From NCBI GenBank assembly GCA_965197475.1, contig CBDANF010000002.1, forward strand, positions 256,001-320,000: DNA of 64,000 bases, read 5' to 3'. The notes under the pieces are model-generated. The model was not told the DNA's origin, made no database searches, and worked only from the letters and a program-made list of their open reading frames with translations. Shown here piece by piece: positions 29,167-38,964 of this stretch. The DNA comes from Candidatus Poribacteria bacterium (GTDB taxonomy: Bacteria > Poribacteria > WGA-4E > WGA-3G). The stretch's first letter is position 1; each line of letters opens with the position of its first letter. A program made the position numbers and the translations under genes.

Positions 29167-30813
29167 ATGAAAAATAAAAAAACTAAACGTATCCAGCGGC
29201 ATGCTGAAAATAGCAGAGGCTCAATAGTCCTCTTGAGAGGTAGTGGTTTCTTCAAGCATGGCAGAGGTAGTGGTTTCTTCGTAGCGCGTAACAAAATTGC
29301 AACAAACATTCATGTTATCGCAGGTGAAAAATCAGTTTCCGTAAAACTTGTCGCTACGGGAACCACGTTCCCTATTGAAGGAATAGTGGCATTTGATGAC
29401 AAAAACGATCTGGTTCTTCTGAAGGTTAAAGGTGAAGGTATTCCCCTTCCGATTGGCAACAGTGACGCGATTCAACGTGGAGATGCCGTTTGCATTGTGG
29501 GATATCCTGGCGGTGAGAAATGTGAGATTTCACAAGGAAAAATCCTTGGTCCTAGTAGAGCAGGCAAAGAGCTTCATATAAAAGCCTCCTTATCGCACGG
29601 GAACAGTGGTGCACCCGTACTAAACAGCAAAGGGAAAGTTGTAGGTGTCGCTGATTCTATTGGGGACTCATCTTTTAGTAGTGAAACTCCTAATAAGTCA
29701 GAAACAAGTCACGCTATTCCTTCAAACTTACTAAAATCTTTGTCTGTGAACGAGGGAAAAGTGGAACCTTGGGTAAAATGGCAGAAGAGACCACGGATAC
29801 GCGCCTATGTCAAGTATTTTGAAGGGCTTGTTAAACTGGAAAAGGGTAGAAATAAAGCTGCAATAGCACGTTATAACGCTTCACTCAAGCTTAATCCCGA
29901 TTTAGCGGATGCCTATGTCAATCGAGGGGTTGCAAAGCAGTTCCTTGAGCAATACAATGAGGCAATAATTGATTTTGATGTCGCTATCAGACTCAATCCG
30001 GATTCCAAAGATGCCTACACCAATCGTGGGAGTGCAAAACAGAGTTTAAAGCAATACAAAGATGCGGTTGCCGACTACGATGCCGCCATTATACTCAATC
30101 CGAGTTCCGCAATTACTTACCACAATCGTGGGTTAGCAAGGCAGATGTCGGGACAACACAAAAGAGCGATTGCCGACTACAATGCGGCTATAAAGCTTAA
30201 TCCGGCGAGTGCTCATACTTATGCCGTTCGGGGTTATGTGAAATCTATACTTGGTGACTATAAAGAGGCAATTGAAGATATTAATAAGGCTATTCACTAC
30301 GGTCTGAAGGCTAAGGAGGTCTACTACTGCCGCGGAGTTGCGAAACATCATCTTGGCAAATCTAAAGTCGATCAGGGATATCTTACGGATGCACAAGATC
30401 ACTATCAAGCAGCGATAGCCGACCACACCAAAGCTATCGGGCGAGACAAAAAGTTTGGTCTAGCTTACAACGGAAGGGGATGGGCGAAGTATCTCCTCGG
30501 TCAAACTGAAATTGAAAAAGGCAATATAGAAAACGTCCAAACGCTGTTTCAAGGAGCGATAAGCGACAGCAATAAACACATCCAGTTAAAACTAGATTCT
30601 TATGCCTCCTATCACACTCGTGGCGCGGCAAAAGCTGCTCTTGGAAAATACGATGTGGCGATTGAAGATTTCAACAAAGCCATCCAGTTAAATCCGAGAA
30701 GTGCGATAGCATACTATGATCGTGGACTTGCAAAAGAAGCTGTTGGGCAACAGGAAGAGGCAAGAACGGATATTCAAAAGGCGAAGGAATTGGATTCGGA
30801 GGTGGGAAAGTAA
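29167..30813 (+). CDS. Trypsin-like serine protease with C-terminal TPR repeats
   Basis: GSGFF, TNIHVI, DLVLL, GNSGAP catalytic triad; multiple AYxNRG TPRs. Confidence 0.9.
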   Translation: MKNKKTKRIQRHAENSRGSIVLLRGSGFFKHGRGSGFFVARNKIATNIHVIAGEKSVSVKLVATGTTFPIEGIVAFDDKNDLVLLKVKGEGIPLPIGNSDAIQRGDAVCIVGYPGGEKCEISQGKILGPSRAGKELHIKASLSHGNSGAPVLNSKGKVVGVADSIGDSSFSSETPNKSETSHAIPSNLLKSLSVNEGKVEPWVKWQKRPRIRAYVKYFEGLVKLEKGRNKAAIARYNASLKLNPDLADAYVNRGVAKQFLEQYNEAIIDFDVAIRLNPDSKDAYTNRGSAKQSLKQYKDAVADYDAAIILNPSSAITYHNRGLARQMSGQHKRAIADYNAAIKLNPASAHTYAVRGYVKSILGDYKEAIEDINKAIHYGLKAKEVYYCRGVAKHHLGKSKVDQGYLTDAQDHYQAAIADHTKAIGRDKKFGLAYNGRGWAKYLLGQTEIEKGNIENVQTLFQGAISDSNKHIQLKLDSYASYHTRGAAKAALGKYDVAIEDFNKAIQLNPRSAIAYYDRGLAKEAVGQQEEARTDIQKAKELDSEVGK

Positions 30814-30888
30814 GTATTGAAACCAAATGTCTCTAAATGGATACCAGCTTCTCCCAACGGTTTAGGACAAAATTGACGAGGATATAAC

Positions 30889-32287
30889 ATGGAAGGCCAA
30901 ACAATCATAACAACACAAGATGTTGATGAACTGTTTATCTCTACTGTTGTTCGTTTGATTCAACGGCGTGCCTTCCCGAACCTACGCAATATCATCGCTA
31001 AAACGCATTCGGTAGACATCGCAAGGTGGTTTCCGCGCCTCCGTCCCGAAGCAAAAAGTAGCCTCTTTACCCTTTTAATTGAAGAAAAACGGATGGGTGA
31101 GGTGCTGTGCGATCTGAACAACACGGATATAAGTGAGTTTGTTGAGGAAACAGAACCATCAACCGTTGCGAGTGTCTTACATACGATGCCTGCGGATGAT
31201 GTGACGCGAATTCTCTCTGAATTGCCCGAGGAAAAGAAGGCAGAACTTCTGGATCTCATTGAGGGAGCCACCTCTGCTGATGTTGAGCGTCTCCTGGAAT
31301 ACGAGGAAAAAACCGCGGGGCTATCATGTCACCGAATTACTTCGCCCTGCTTCAAGAGACAACCGCCGCTGAAGCCACCGAGATGATTCGGGAACTCACT
31401 GAAGTAGAAATGCCACCGATCACTTTCTACGTCTACGTCGTTGACGAAGAGAACGAACTAAAAGGCGTTTTATCGTTAAGGCAGTTGGTGCAAACAAAGC
31501 CAGAAACGCCTCTCAAAAATTTGATGACACCGCACTTATATACCGTTCATACCGACATGTCACAGGAAACGGTAGCACGTGCAGTTGCACGATACAATTT
31601 ACTTGCTATTCCTGTCATCAATAGCATCGGGCAGCTGGTAGGTGTTGTTACAATCGACGATGTTGTTGATGTGATTCGCGAGGAGAATACTGAAGACATG
31701 CTAAAGATGGCGGGTACTGGTGATCTGGATATTACCTCGCGTTCAATCTTTAGGAATACCCGCGCACGCTTGCCGTGGCTGCTCGCAAGTTTTGGTGGAG
31801 GTTTACTTGCTGTCTATATCATAGGTATTTTTGAGACGCAGTTGAAAGAAATTGCTGCCTTAGCAGCTTTTATCCCAATAATCATGGGAATGGGAGGAAA
31901 TATAGGAACGCAATCCTCTACTATTATCGTTCGGAGTATCGCTATAGGGGAGGTCGACATCAAAGACACATGGCGGGTGTTGTGGCGTGAATTTAGCACT
32001 GGGGCATTACTCGGAACAACTTATGGAGTTTTACTCGGAGTGTTGCGGGCATTTTTCCTCATTTTCGAGAATATGCATGGAAGCTGCCACTTGTCGTCGC
32101 GCTTGCTATCTTTATGAATATGATTATTGCAGCAACGGTGGGAACAATCATTCCGATGTTCTTCAAACGTATCCGTATTGACCCTGCTGTTGCTACGGGA
32201 CCTTTCGTTACAACTGCGATTGATGTAATTGGTATTTTTAGTTACTTTTTGTTGGCGGAAATTTTTCTCTTTGGAGAATTGGTGTAG
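30889..32287 (+). CDS. mgtE: Magnesium transporter MgtE (two apparent frameshifts, near 31320 and 32046)
   Basis: MgtE_N, CBS pair, RARLPWL, GMGGNIGTQS; third frame gives IDPAVATGPFVTTAID ending at TAG 32287. Confidence 0.9.
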
Positions 32288-32337
32288 GCATCAGAAGATA
32301 GTGATCCCTCACCGTCGTTTAATGAAGGGTGTCCAAA

Positions 32338-32811
32338 ATGGCTACGGCAATTGAAATCAAAGAGGTCACACCCGATAAGACTTTGGAAGTTTGCGCTCAG
32401 CAGATTATTGTGGGTTATTTCCGAGAAATGATGTCACATAAAACAGGTGCAAGCCATGGCTCCGATATTGAATTCGTACACGATATGCGTGTCGCCTCTC
32501 GGCGGTTACGTGCCGCAATGGACAACTTCGCTGACTGTTTTGAAAAAGAGCCGTTCAAAAAATACTATAATCAGATAAGAACTATTACACAGGCAATGGG
32601 AGCAGTGCGCGATCTTGATGTCCTCATCGCTCATTTTCAAAAGGAGTTATCTATCCTAACTGAAATTGAACAGAGGGATATCAGTGGATTGATTGAACAC
32701 CTACAGCAAAAACGGGAAAAAGCACGAAAGCCGATGTTAGATCTGTTTACAGAACTTGATGAGACCGATTTTGAAACACAATTTCTGATGTTCTTTGAGG
32801 CAGGAACATGA
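32338..32811 (+). CDS. Half-CHAD domain protein (N-terminal-type half)
   Basis: EFVHDMRVASRRLRA...MGAVRDLDV. Confidence 0.85.
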   Translation: MATAIEIKEVTPDKTLEVCAQQIIVGYFREMMSHKTGASHGSDIEFVHDMRVASRRLRAAMDNFADCFEKEPFKKYYNQIRTITQAMGAVRDLDVLIAHFQKELSILTEIEQRDISGLIEHLQQKREKARKPMLDLFTELDETDFETQFLMFFEAGT

Positions 32812-32815
32812 TAAA

Positions 32816-33280
32816 ATGGCAAAGCCGCAGAAGATTATAGGAATCAACCCGAAGCAAAGTTTTCGCGAGAATGCAAGTATAATCCTACCACAAAAGGTCG
32901 AAGAGGTTTATAGTTGGGAGCAGTTTATTCGAGACCCGGAGCGGCGTGAAGAACTCCACAACATGCGGATTTCGATTAAGAGGCTCCGGTATACAATGGA
33001 GTTTTTTGCAGAAAACTACGATAAACATTTTACTGATCTTATTGAAACTATTATTGAATTGCAAGATATACTCGGCGATATACACGATAGTGATGTCGTC
33101 TTAGAGGTTCTAACAGAATATAAAGAAAACCTTCAACCTGCTGTGTTGAGTGGGGTTGACACACTTATCGCACGCACTCGCGAAACTCGCAATGCTGACT
33201 ATGAAAAGTTTATAGAAAAATGGGAACAATTATCAGCAATAGGTTTCAAACAGAAACTACTCGCAATTATTGCGTCGTAG
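32816..33280 (+). CDS. Half-CHAD domain protein (C-terminal-type half)
   Basis: EELHNMRISIKRLRYTMEFF...LQDILGDIHDSDV. Confidence 0.85.
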   Translation: MAKPQKIIGINPKQSFRENASIILPQKVEEVYSWEQFIRDPERREELHNMRISIKRLRYTMEFFAENYDKHFTDLIETIIELQDILGDIHDSDVVLEVLTEYKENLQPAVLSGVDTLIARTRETRNADYEKFIEKWEQLSAIGFKQKLLAIIAS

Positions 33281-33355
33281 AAAACGCACACTAAAATAAC
33301 ACTGATGATGCTCAGAAACCTATTGAAGCTTGCTACTACTATAAAAGGAATAAAA

Positions 33356-34330
33356 ATGAATACCAATGTTGTCGGAGTAGATATGGGCGGCACAAAGATT
33401 CTCGCAGCCATTGTTGATGCAGAAGGTAATATCCTAAGTACAGCCAAAATTCCAACGCAAGCGGAAAATAATACGTCTATCGTTATTGATCGGATTGCAG
33501 ATTGTATCCAAAAGGCGATTGATAAATCTCGTGTCGATCCTGACTCAATTGGAGCAATCGGAATTGGCGCGCCGGGACCGCTTGATCCAGAAACAGGGGT
33601 TGTGATTTTCGCACCAAATCTTGGCTGGAAAGATGTGCCTTTGAAAACTGAACTTGAGACCAGAGTCCATATTCCCACTTTTGTTGACAACGACGTAAAC
33701 GTAGGAACGCTTGGTGAACATACGTTCGGTGCAGGGCAAAACGTTCAGAATTTGGTTGGAATTTTTGTCGGCACCGGGATCGGGGGAGGCATTATTCTGA
33801 ACGGCGAACTTTTCCACGGTGCAAGCAAGACTGCGGGAGAGATCGGACATATCATTGTCAAAGCGGACGGTCCTAAGTGCGGGTGTGGCACCCGCGGTTG
33901 CTTAGAAGCACTCGCAAGTCGCACTGCGATGACGAAACAATTTCAAAAAGCTATCCTAAAAAAAGGCAAAAAAAGTATCCTCACAAAACTCACCGATGGT
34001 GACCTTGGGTTAATTCGGAGCGGCACCTTAGCTAAAGCAATTCGTAGAAAAGATAAATTAACGCTGAAAGTTTTCAAAAATACGATAAAATACCTCGGTG
34101 TCGGTATCGGTTCGATTGTGAATTTCTTAAATCCGCAGATGATAGTACTTGGAGGCGGTGTTGTTGAGGCACTTGGCAATACATTCATAGACGATATCCG
34201 CAAAGCTACCAAGAAGTATGCACTACCCGATACGTTAAAAGGTGTCCAGATCGTGGGAGCGCAACTGGGAGATAATGCCGGTATTCTTGGGGCAGCAGCG
34301 TTGGCAAGACAGAGATTCAAAGCGGGATAG
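33356..34330 (+). CDS. ROK-family sugar kinase (glucokinase-like)
   Basis: GVDMGGTK, DNDVN, GTGIGGG, GEIGH, CGCGTRGCLE. Confidence 0.92.
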   Translation: MNTNVVGVDMGGTKILAAIVDAEGNILSTAKIPTQAENNTSIVIDRIADCIQKAIDKSRVDPDSIGAIGIGAPGPLDPETGVVIFAPNLGWKDVPLKTELETRVHIPTFVDNDVNVGTLGEHTFGAGQNVQNLVGIFVGTGIGGGIILNGELFHGASKTAGEIGHIIVKADGPKCGCGTRGCLEALASRTAMTKQFQKAILKKGKKSILTKLTDGDLGLIRSGTLAKAIRRKDKLTLKVFKNTIKYLGVGIGSIVNFLNPQMIVLGGGVVEALGNTFIDDIRKATKKYALPDTLKGVQIVGAQLGDNAGILGAAALARQRFKAG

Positions 34331-34377
34331 ATCTCAAGTTCAGATACAGAGGTCTTAAATCAGGGGAGGGAGAATCC

Positions 34378-36057
34378 ATGTTAGTTGATGATAATAGAGA
34401 AGAACATCGAATGATGATTTTTGGAAACGATAGCCGCCTCGTACATGAGCGGTTAATCGTGAACAATAAAACAAACAATCAAGGTATTCTGGCACAGAAG
34501 GTGCATGAGGATTCCTATACCGTAACTTTATATGCGTTACTAAAGGATTACGGTCTTACACCTGTGTTTCGAATCAAACCGCGTATCCGGTTCCATCGAT
34601 CTAACTACGATAACCTCTCATCAAGTGCCCCGCTCCAATATACCCCCAACGACATCATCCATTTCGCGGAACTCAAACGCGGTACTGTTTTGATGGAGAA
34701 GATAGACGATGTTAAATTAGCTGAAATCCTCGGCGATGCGCCGACTATCGCAAATATGACTGATGACCCCGCTTTGCAACTCGTTTCGCAACGTGATGTA
34801 TCGCTTTGCAACCCGCCTTTCAAAACCAAAACAAAGGTCTTTGGAAAAAGTGAGGACGAAGGGGTGGAGGAGGCAGGTATCCCTATCGGATCATTCCTTG
34901 ATGCGCTTAATCAACCGCAACGTACCGAGCAGATTTTCAGAAAGTTTTCTCGTGGAAGTGAGTTTGCACGCGATCTGCGTAAGGCTTTGGAAAACTACGA
35001 AACTTATGAATTTCAATTCGGTCTCTATTCCCGATATGAGCGGCGAGATTGTGTCTTGGCAGGTGGAGATGCGGAAACAAGTGGATATTACCGCGCAACC
35101 TTTGATCCGTGGACAGCACTCGGATATATCCGGACTAGCGGCGATAAACAGCAGTTCCAAATTCTGGCACACGAACGCGGCACACGATGGGAACACAAAG
35201 TTATGTTGGAGAAACTTGATGCCGCTACGCTTGAACGACTCGCCGCAGAAATTCCTAAACTCCGAAGTAAATATCTTATTGGACGCGTCTTATCCAAAAG
35301 CCAGACAGCATTAACACGGTTGGCACAACTCCGTAAATCACAACTGAATCTAACAACCGATTTAGATACGGGGTATACCCTTCAGTTAGAGATACCTATT
35401 CCTGAAAAGCGGTTCTCTGTAATAGACCATCGCCGAAAATTGCGGTCCGTGTTTAATGGTAATGGAAATTACCAACTACATCCGCTCAACGGAGAATTTG
35501 TTGAAAAACACCTCAACTTGGCAAAGGGAGTTCAAGATGGTGTTGTCTGGACACTTGATAACGTTGACCTACTGACAGGCCCTCTTCCATTAACAGAGCA
35601 GAATGAAGATTTTCCTATCACCAAAATCCTACATCAAAACAGATTTGTGGTGCGCTCCGCAGAGGAGCTTCGCGAACGTCTCCCTAAAAACGGATTTGAG
35701 AAGTGTTGGAACGAATCTATTGACGAGGGGGGCTATACCGTCCTTAGCCAAACAACTGGCAGAGTTTATGCTGTGGGTTACGGACGGAAGATTACCGGCA
35801 GTATCCATAAAGGCAAAATTAGGAAAGGCGAAGCAGCCTACTATCTCTCAATTGAATACTTGGGAATAGACCCGTCACGTGCAGAAATACCGCGCTTTGA
35901 GGTGCCAGCGGAAGCACAACGAAGTTTCTTTGATAGACTTTTTAAAAGAGAGCCTGTCCCGCCTTTCTATAGTCAACTGATGCAAACCGAGGTGCAGGTC
36001 ATTGACGAGATGAAAACGCTCGCGCGGCACTGTAAAGAGAAGCTAAAGATACCGTAA
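34378..36057 (+). CDS. Hypothetical protein with putative divergent VTC/CYTH (triphosphate tunnel) domain
   Basis: Ordered motifs EHR, TLY, KPRIRF, FAELK, YERR, RATFD, WEHK, SK parallel the VTC-domain pattern. The ORF is certain; the domain call is inferred. Confidence 0.55.
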   Translation: MLVDDNREEHRMMIFGNDSRLVHERLIVNNKTNNQGILAQKVHEDSYTVTLYALLKDYGLTPVFRIKPRIRFHRSNYDNLSSSAPLQYTPNDIIHFAELKRGTVLMEKIDDVKLAEILGDAPTIANMTDDPALQLVSQRDVSLCNPPFKTKTKVFGKSEDEGVEEAGIPIGSFLDALNQPQRTEQIFRKFSRGSEFARDLRKALENYETYEFQFGLYSRYERRDCVLAGGDAETSGYYRATFDPWTALGYIRTSGDKQQFQILAHERGTRWEHKVMLEKLDAATLERLAAEIPKLRSKYLIGRVLSKSQTALTRLAQLRKSQLNLTTDLDTGYTLQLEIPIPEKRFSVIDHRRKLRSVFNGNGNYQLHPLNGEFVEKHLNLAKGVQDGVVWTLDNVDLLTGPLPLTEQNEDFPITKILHQNRFVVRSAEELRERLPKNGFEKCWNESIDEGGYTVLSQTTGRVYAVGYGRKITGSIHKGKIRKGEAAYYLSIEYLGIDPSRAEIPRFEVPAEAQRSFFDRLFKREPVPPFYSQLMQTEVQVIDEMKTLARHCKEKLKIP

Positions 36058-36102
36058 ATATTCAGATTTTACGTTGAAAACTATCTCTGTGAGGTAAAAC
36101 AG

Positions 36103-37284
36103 ATGATACAAAGACTTGAAGTTAAGGGACTCAATAATCGTCTTGATGGTGAGTTTGAGTTCAATGAAGACTTGAACATTTTTACAGGAGCAAACGGCTC
36201 AGGTAAGACAACATTGCTGAAGTTGATATGGTACCTTATCAGTGGACATCTTGAGCAAACTCTATCAGAAATTCCGTTTTCTTCTCTTTCAATTGAAACC
36301 GAACCGTTTTCTTTAACTATGGATCGACATAAACCTGAAGAACTTATACTGGGATTGAATTTTCCGAGTAGAGGTAGCCAGCAACGTATAAAGATAGATC
36401 CTGAAACCAATACGATTGACCAAAAGAATGTTGATAATATTAATACACTTGAGAAACGAATCGTCGAATCGTCCAAGGGAAGTCTTTTTTTTCCTACGTT
36501 CAGGAGAATTGAAGGTGGTTTTTCAATTGGTTCCAGAAGTTTGACAGATACTGAGGACACGGTTGTACTAAGACTATTAAGTTCAACGACAGAGAAGCTT
36601 CTGACTGCGATATCACAACTATCAGATGATATGTCTTCCGAAAGACACAAGTTCATAACCTCGGTTTCAACTATGGATATAATAAAATTACTTCCGGAAA
36701 AATACGTTAATATTTATCAAGAAATCAGCACGCTTCAATCTCAGGTATTAGCAAATATCTCAAGAGAAATACAAAGTAATCCTGATAAAGACAAAGTTGG
36801 TGAGATTCCTAAAAGTGCTTCTGCCCTTCTGGGTGCTATCCAGAAGGTTGATAAGGAAACAGAACAATTGAAGAAGCCGTTTTCTGTGTTGTCTGAGTTG
36901 ACTCGAAAGATTCTACGATACAATGCAATTCTGATAGCCGAAAAGTTAGTTCTTGGAGAAAAAGCCGATGATCTTGCCTTTGAAGAAGAAAGTGATGACA
37001 TTGCAATTGAAGAAATAAATGATGCAATCTCCTCCGACAAACTTTCTTCCGGTGAAAAGCAGATGCTCAGTTATTTGTGCTACAACGCTTTCTATGATAA
37101 TACGCCTATTTTTATTGACGAACCGGAATTAAGTCTTCACGTGGATTGGCAAAGGATACTCTTTCCTACTCTGCTTGAACAGGCAACAGGAAATCAATTT
37201 TTCGTCGCCACACATTCACCTTTCATATATACAAAGTACCCTGACAAAGAATTTCTGTTAGACGAAGATCGCGGAGAGAGTTAA
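36103..37284 (+). CDS. AAA_15/AAA_21 ABC-type ATPase (PARIS AriA-like)
   Basis: GANGSGKTT, FPTFRRIE, LSSGEKQ, IDEPELSLHVDWQ, ATHSP. Confidence 0.85.
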   Translation: MIQRLEVKGLNNRLDGEFEFNEDLNIFTGANGSGKTTLLKLIWYLISGHLEQTLSEIPFSSLSIETEPFSLTMDRHKPEELILGLNFPSRGSQQRIKIDPETNTIDQKNVDNINTLEKRIVESSKGSLFFPTFRRIEGGFSIGSRSLTDTEDTVVLRLLSSTTEKLLTAISQLSDDMSSERHKFITSVSTMDIIKLLPEKYVNIYQEISTLQSQVLANISREIQSNPDKDKVGEIPKSASALLGAIQKVDKETEQLKKPFSVLSELTRKILRYNAILIAEKLVLGEKADDLAFEEESDDIAIEEINDAISSDKLSSGEKQMLSYLCYNAFYDNTPIFIDEPELSLHVDWQRILFPTLLEQATGNQFFVATHSPFIYTKYPDKEFLLDEDRGES

Positions 37285-38040
37285 TGTTACAGCGACACCC
37301 TACGGTGGACGAATTGGTTTCTACTCTTCGTAGATCGAAACTACCAACGGTTGTTGTGGAAGGTAGAGATGATATGCAGATCTTTCGGTGGATGGAAGAT
37401 CTCCTTGAGGTTCACGAAGTCGATATTCTTGGAGTAGGTGGAAGACCTAATCTATTTGCTATTTATGATAGAAAAAGCGAATTTGCCCATCTACCCGTTG
37501 CTGGATCGAGATAAAGAATTGTTCACACAGCTGCCATCTGGTTATCAAGAAATCATTTGGACACAAGGATATAGCATTGAGAACGACTTATATGCGGGTG
37601 TTGATCCAAGTTTAGAGAACTTGATGGATCCTCAGGAAACAGATGAACATGGGCAATTACTAAATACAATTACTGAATGGTTTGCATTTGAAGTTGAGGA
37701 ATTTTTAGCTGGTAGAACTCCAGAGTTTAATCACCATTGCAATGAAGTTGTCCCCCGAAATCAAACTGAAATGGACGATAGTTTTCGTCAACGCCGAGGA
37801 TTTCGCCTCCCTAATTCAAAACTCCAACAACAGATAAAAGACGCGTATCAACTTCAATTGAAAGGAAAACTTCTTTTTCAAATGTTAGTTCGTTTTCTTA
37901 GTAAGTCTAACCGCCGGATCAAGCATAGTATTCACGGTCTATATGAAATCGCATTTAAGATGACTCCTTTTCACCCTCTGATGAATAGGCTAATACAAGA
38001 AATTGAAACAAAAATTGCAGCACACAGACTAACTCCCTAA
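37284..38040 (+). pseudogene. DUF4435 TOPRIM-like protein (PARIS AriB-like), frameshifted near 37503
   Basis: VVVEGRDD, GGR, then DRD and GYSIEND in a second frame; TAATG coupling to the ATPase. Confidence 0.75.
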
Positions 38041-38081
38041 ACACCTCATTATATCCCAACAGAAGGAAACACCGAAAAATA

Positions 38082-38909
38082 ATGCAAAACCGCAGAAAAG
38101 TCCTCATCACCGGTGCAGCAGGTTATATAGCCGGACGCATGCTACCCGAATTCCGCAAACGCTACGACCTTGTCCTACTTGACGTCAGAACCACAAATCG
38201 GCAAGGAGAAGAGGTTAAAGATCTTCAAATCGTTGACGTTAGCGACCCTGACCGTGAGTTATACAAACACTATTTTGAAGGTGTTGATGCTGTCGTCCAC
38301 TGTGCATTCAAAGGCGGCGGATTTGAAAGCGAACTCAACAACATTCAGATGGCATATAATATCTACCATACCTGTTTTGAAATGGATGTCCGACGCGTTG
38401 TTGTCTGTAGTTCTAACCATGCAGCAGACTATTATGAACGACTTATTTGGGCAGGCAAATGGGATTTCGTAACACCAGAAATGCGTCCGTTGTCAGATAA
38501 CTTCTATGGATGGGCGAAAGAGGCTTATGAACATCTCGGTTTTGTCTTTGCGACTGGACACAGGAAAAATAAGAAGCTGCAGAATGTGCAAATCCGTATC
38601 GGTGCACCGCGGGAAACGGATATGAATGATGTCACAGCGGATAATTATCAGAAGATGCACCGCGCACTTGGCGCATATCTGAGTGTTCGCGATCAGGTTC
38701 AACTCTTTGTCAAGAGCATTGAGACAGAGAATATAGAGGACGAAAACGGAATTCCATTCCAGATTTTCTACGGTATCAGCGACAATTCACATAAGTTCTG
38801 GAGTATCACCAACGCACGAGAGGTGATAGACTACGCGCCAGAGGACAATAGCGCATTCCGTTTTGCTGAACGGATAGCACAAATTTTCAAACAGACAGAA
38901 GACGTATAA
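38082..38909 (+). CDS. NAD-dependent epimerase/dehydrogenase (uronate dehydrogenase-like SDR)
   Basis: ITGAAGYIA, SSNHA, YGWAK, YGISDN. Confidence 0.85.
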   Translation: MQNRRKVLITGAAGYIAGRMLPEFRKRYDLVLLDVRTTNRQGEEVKDLQIVDVSDPDRELYKHYFEGVDAVVHCAFKGGGFESELNNIQMAYNIYHTCFEMDVRRVVVCSSNHAADYYERLIWAGKWDFVTPEMRPLSDNFYGWAKEAYEHLGFVFATGHRKNKKLQNVQIRIGAPRETDMNDVTADNYQKMHRALGAYLSVRDQVQLFVKSIETENIEDENGIPFQIFYGISDNSHKFWSITNAREVIDYAPEDNSAFRFAERIAQIFKQTEDV

Positions 38910-38964
38910 TCCCTCCTTTAAGTTTTAAGACACAGTAGAGGCATTTCACAAAAGGATTCCCGTA

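Noticed and set aside
33356-34330. Polyphosphate glucokinase PpgK
   Set aside because: Retains the CxCGxxGCLE zinc motif of ordinary ROK kinases, which PpgK-type enzymes lack; polyP use cannot be claimed from sequence
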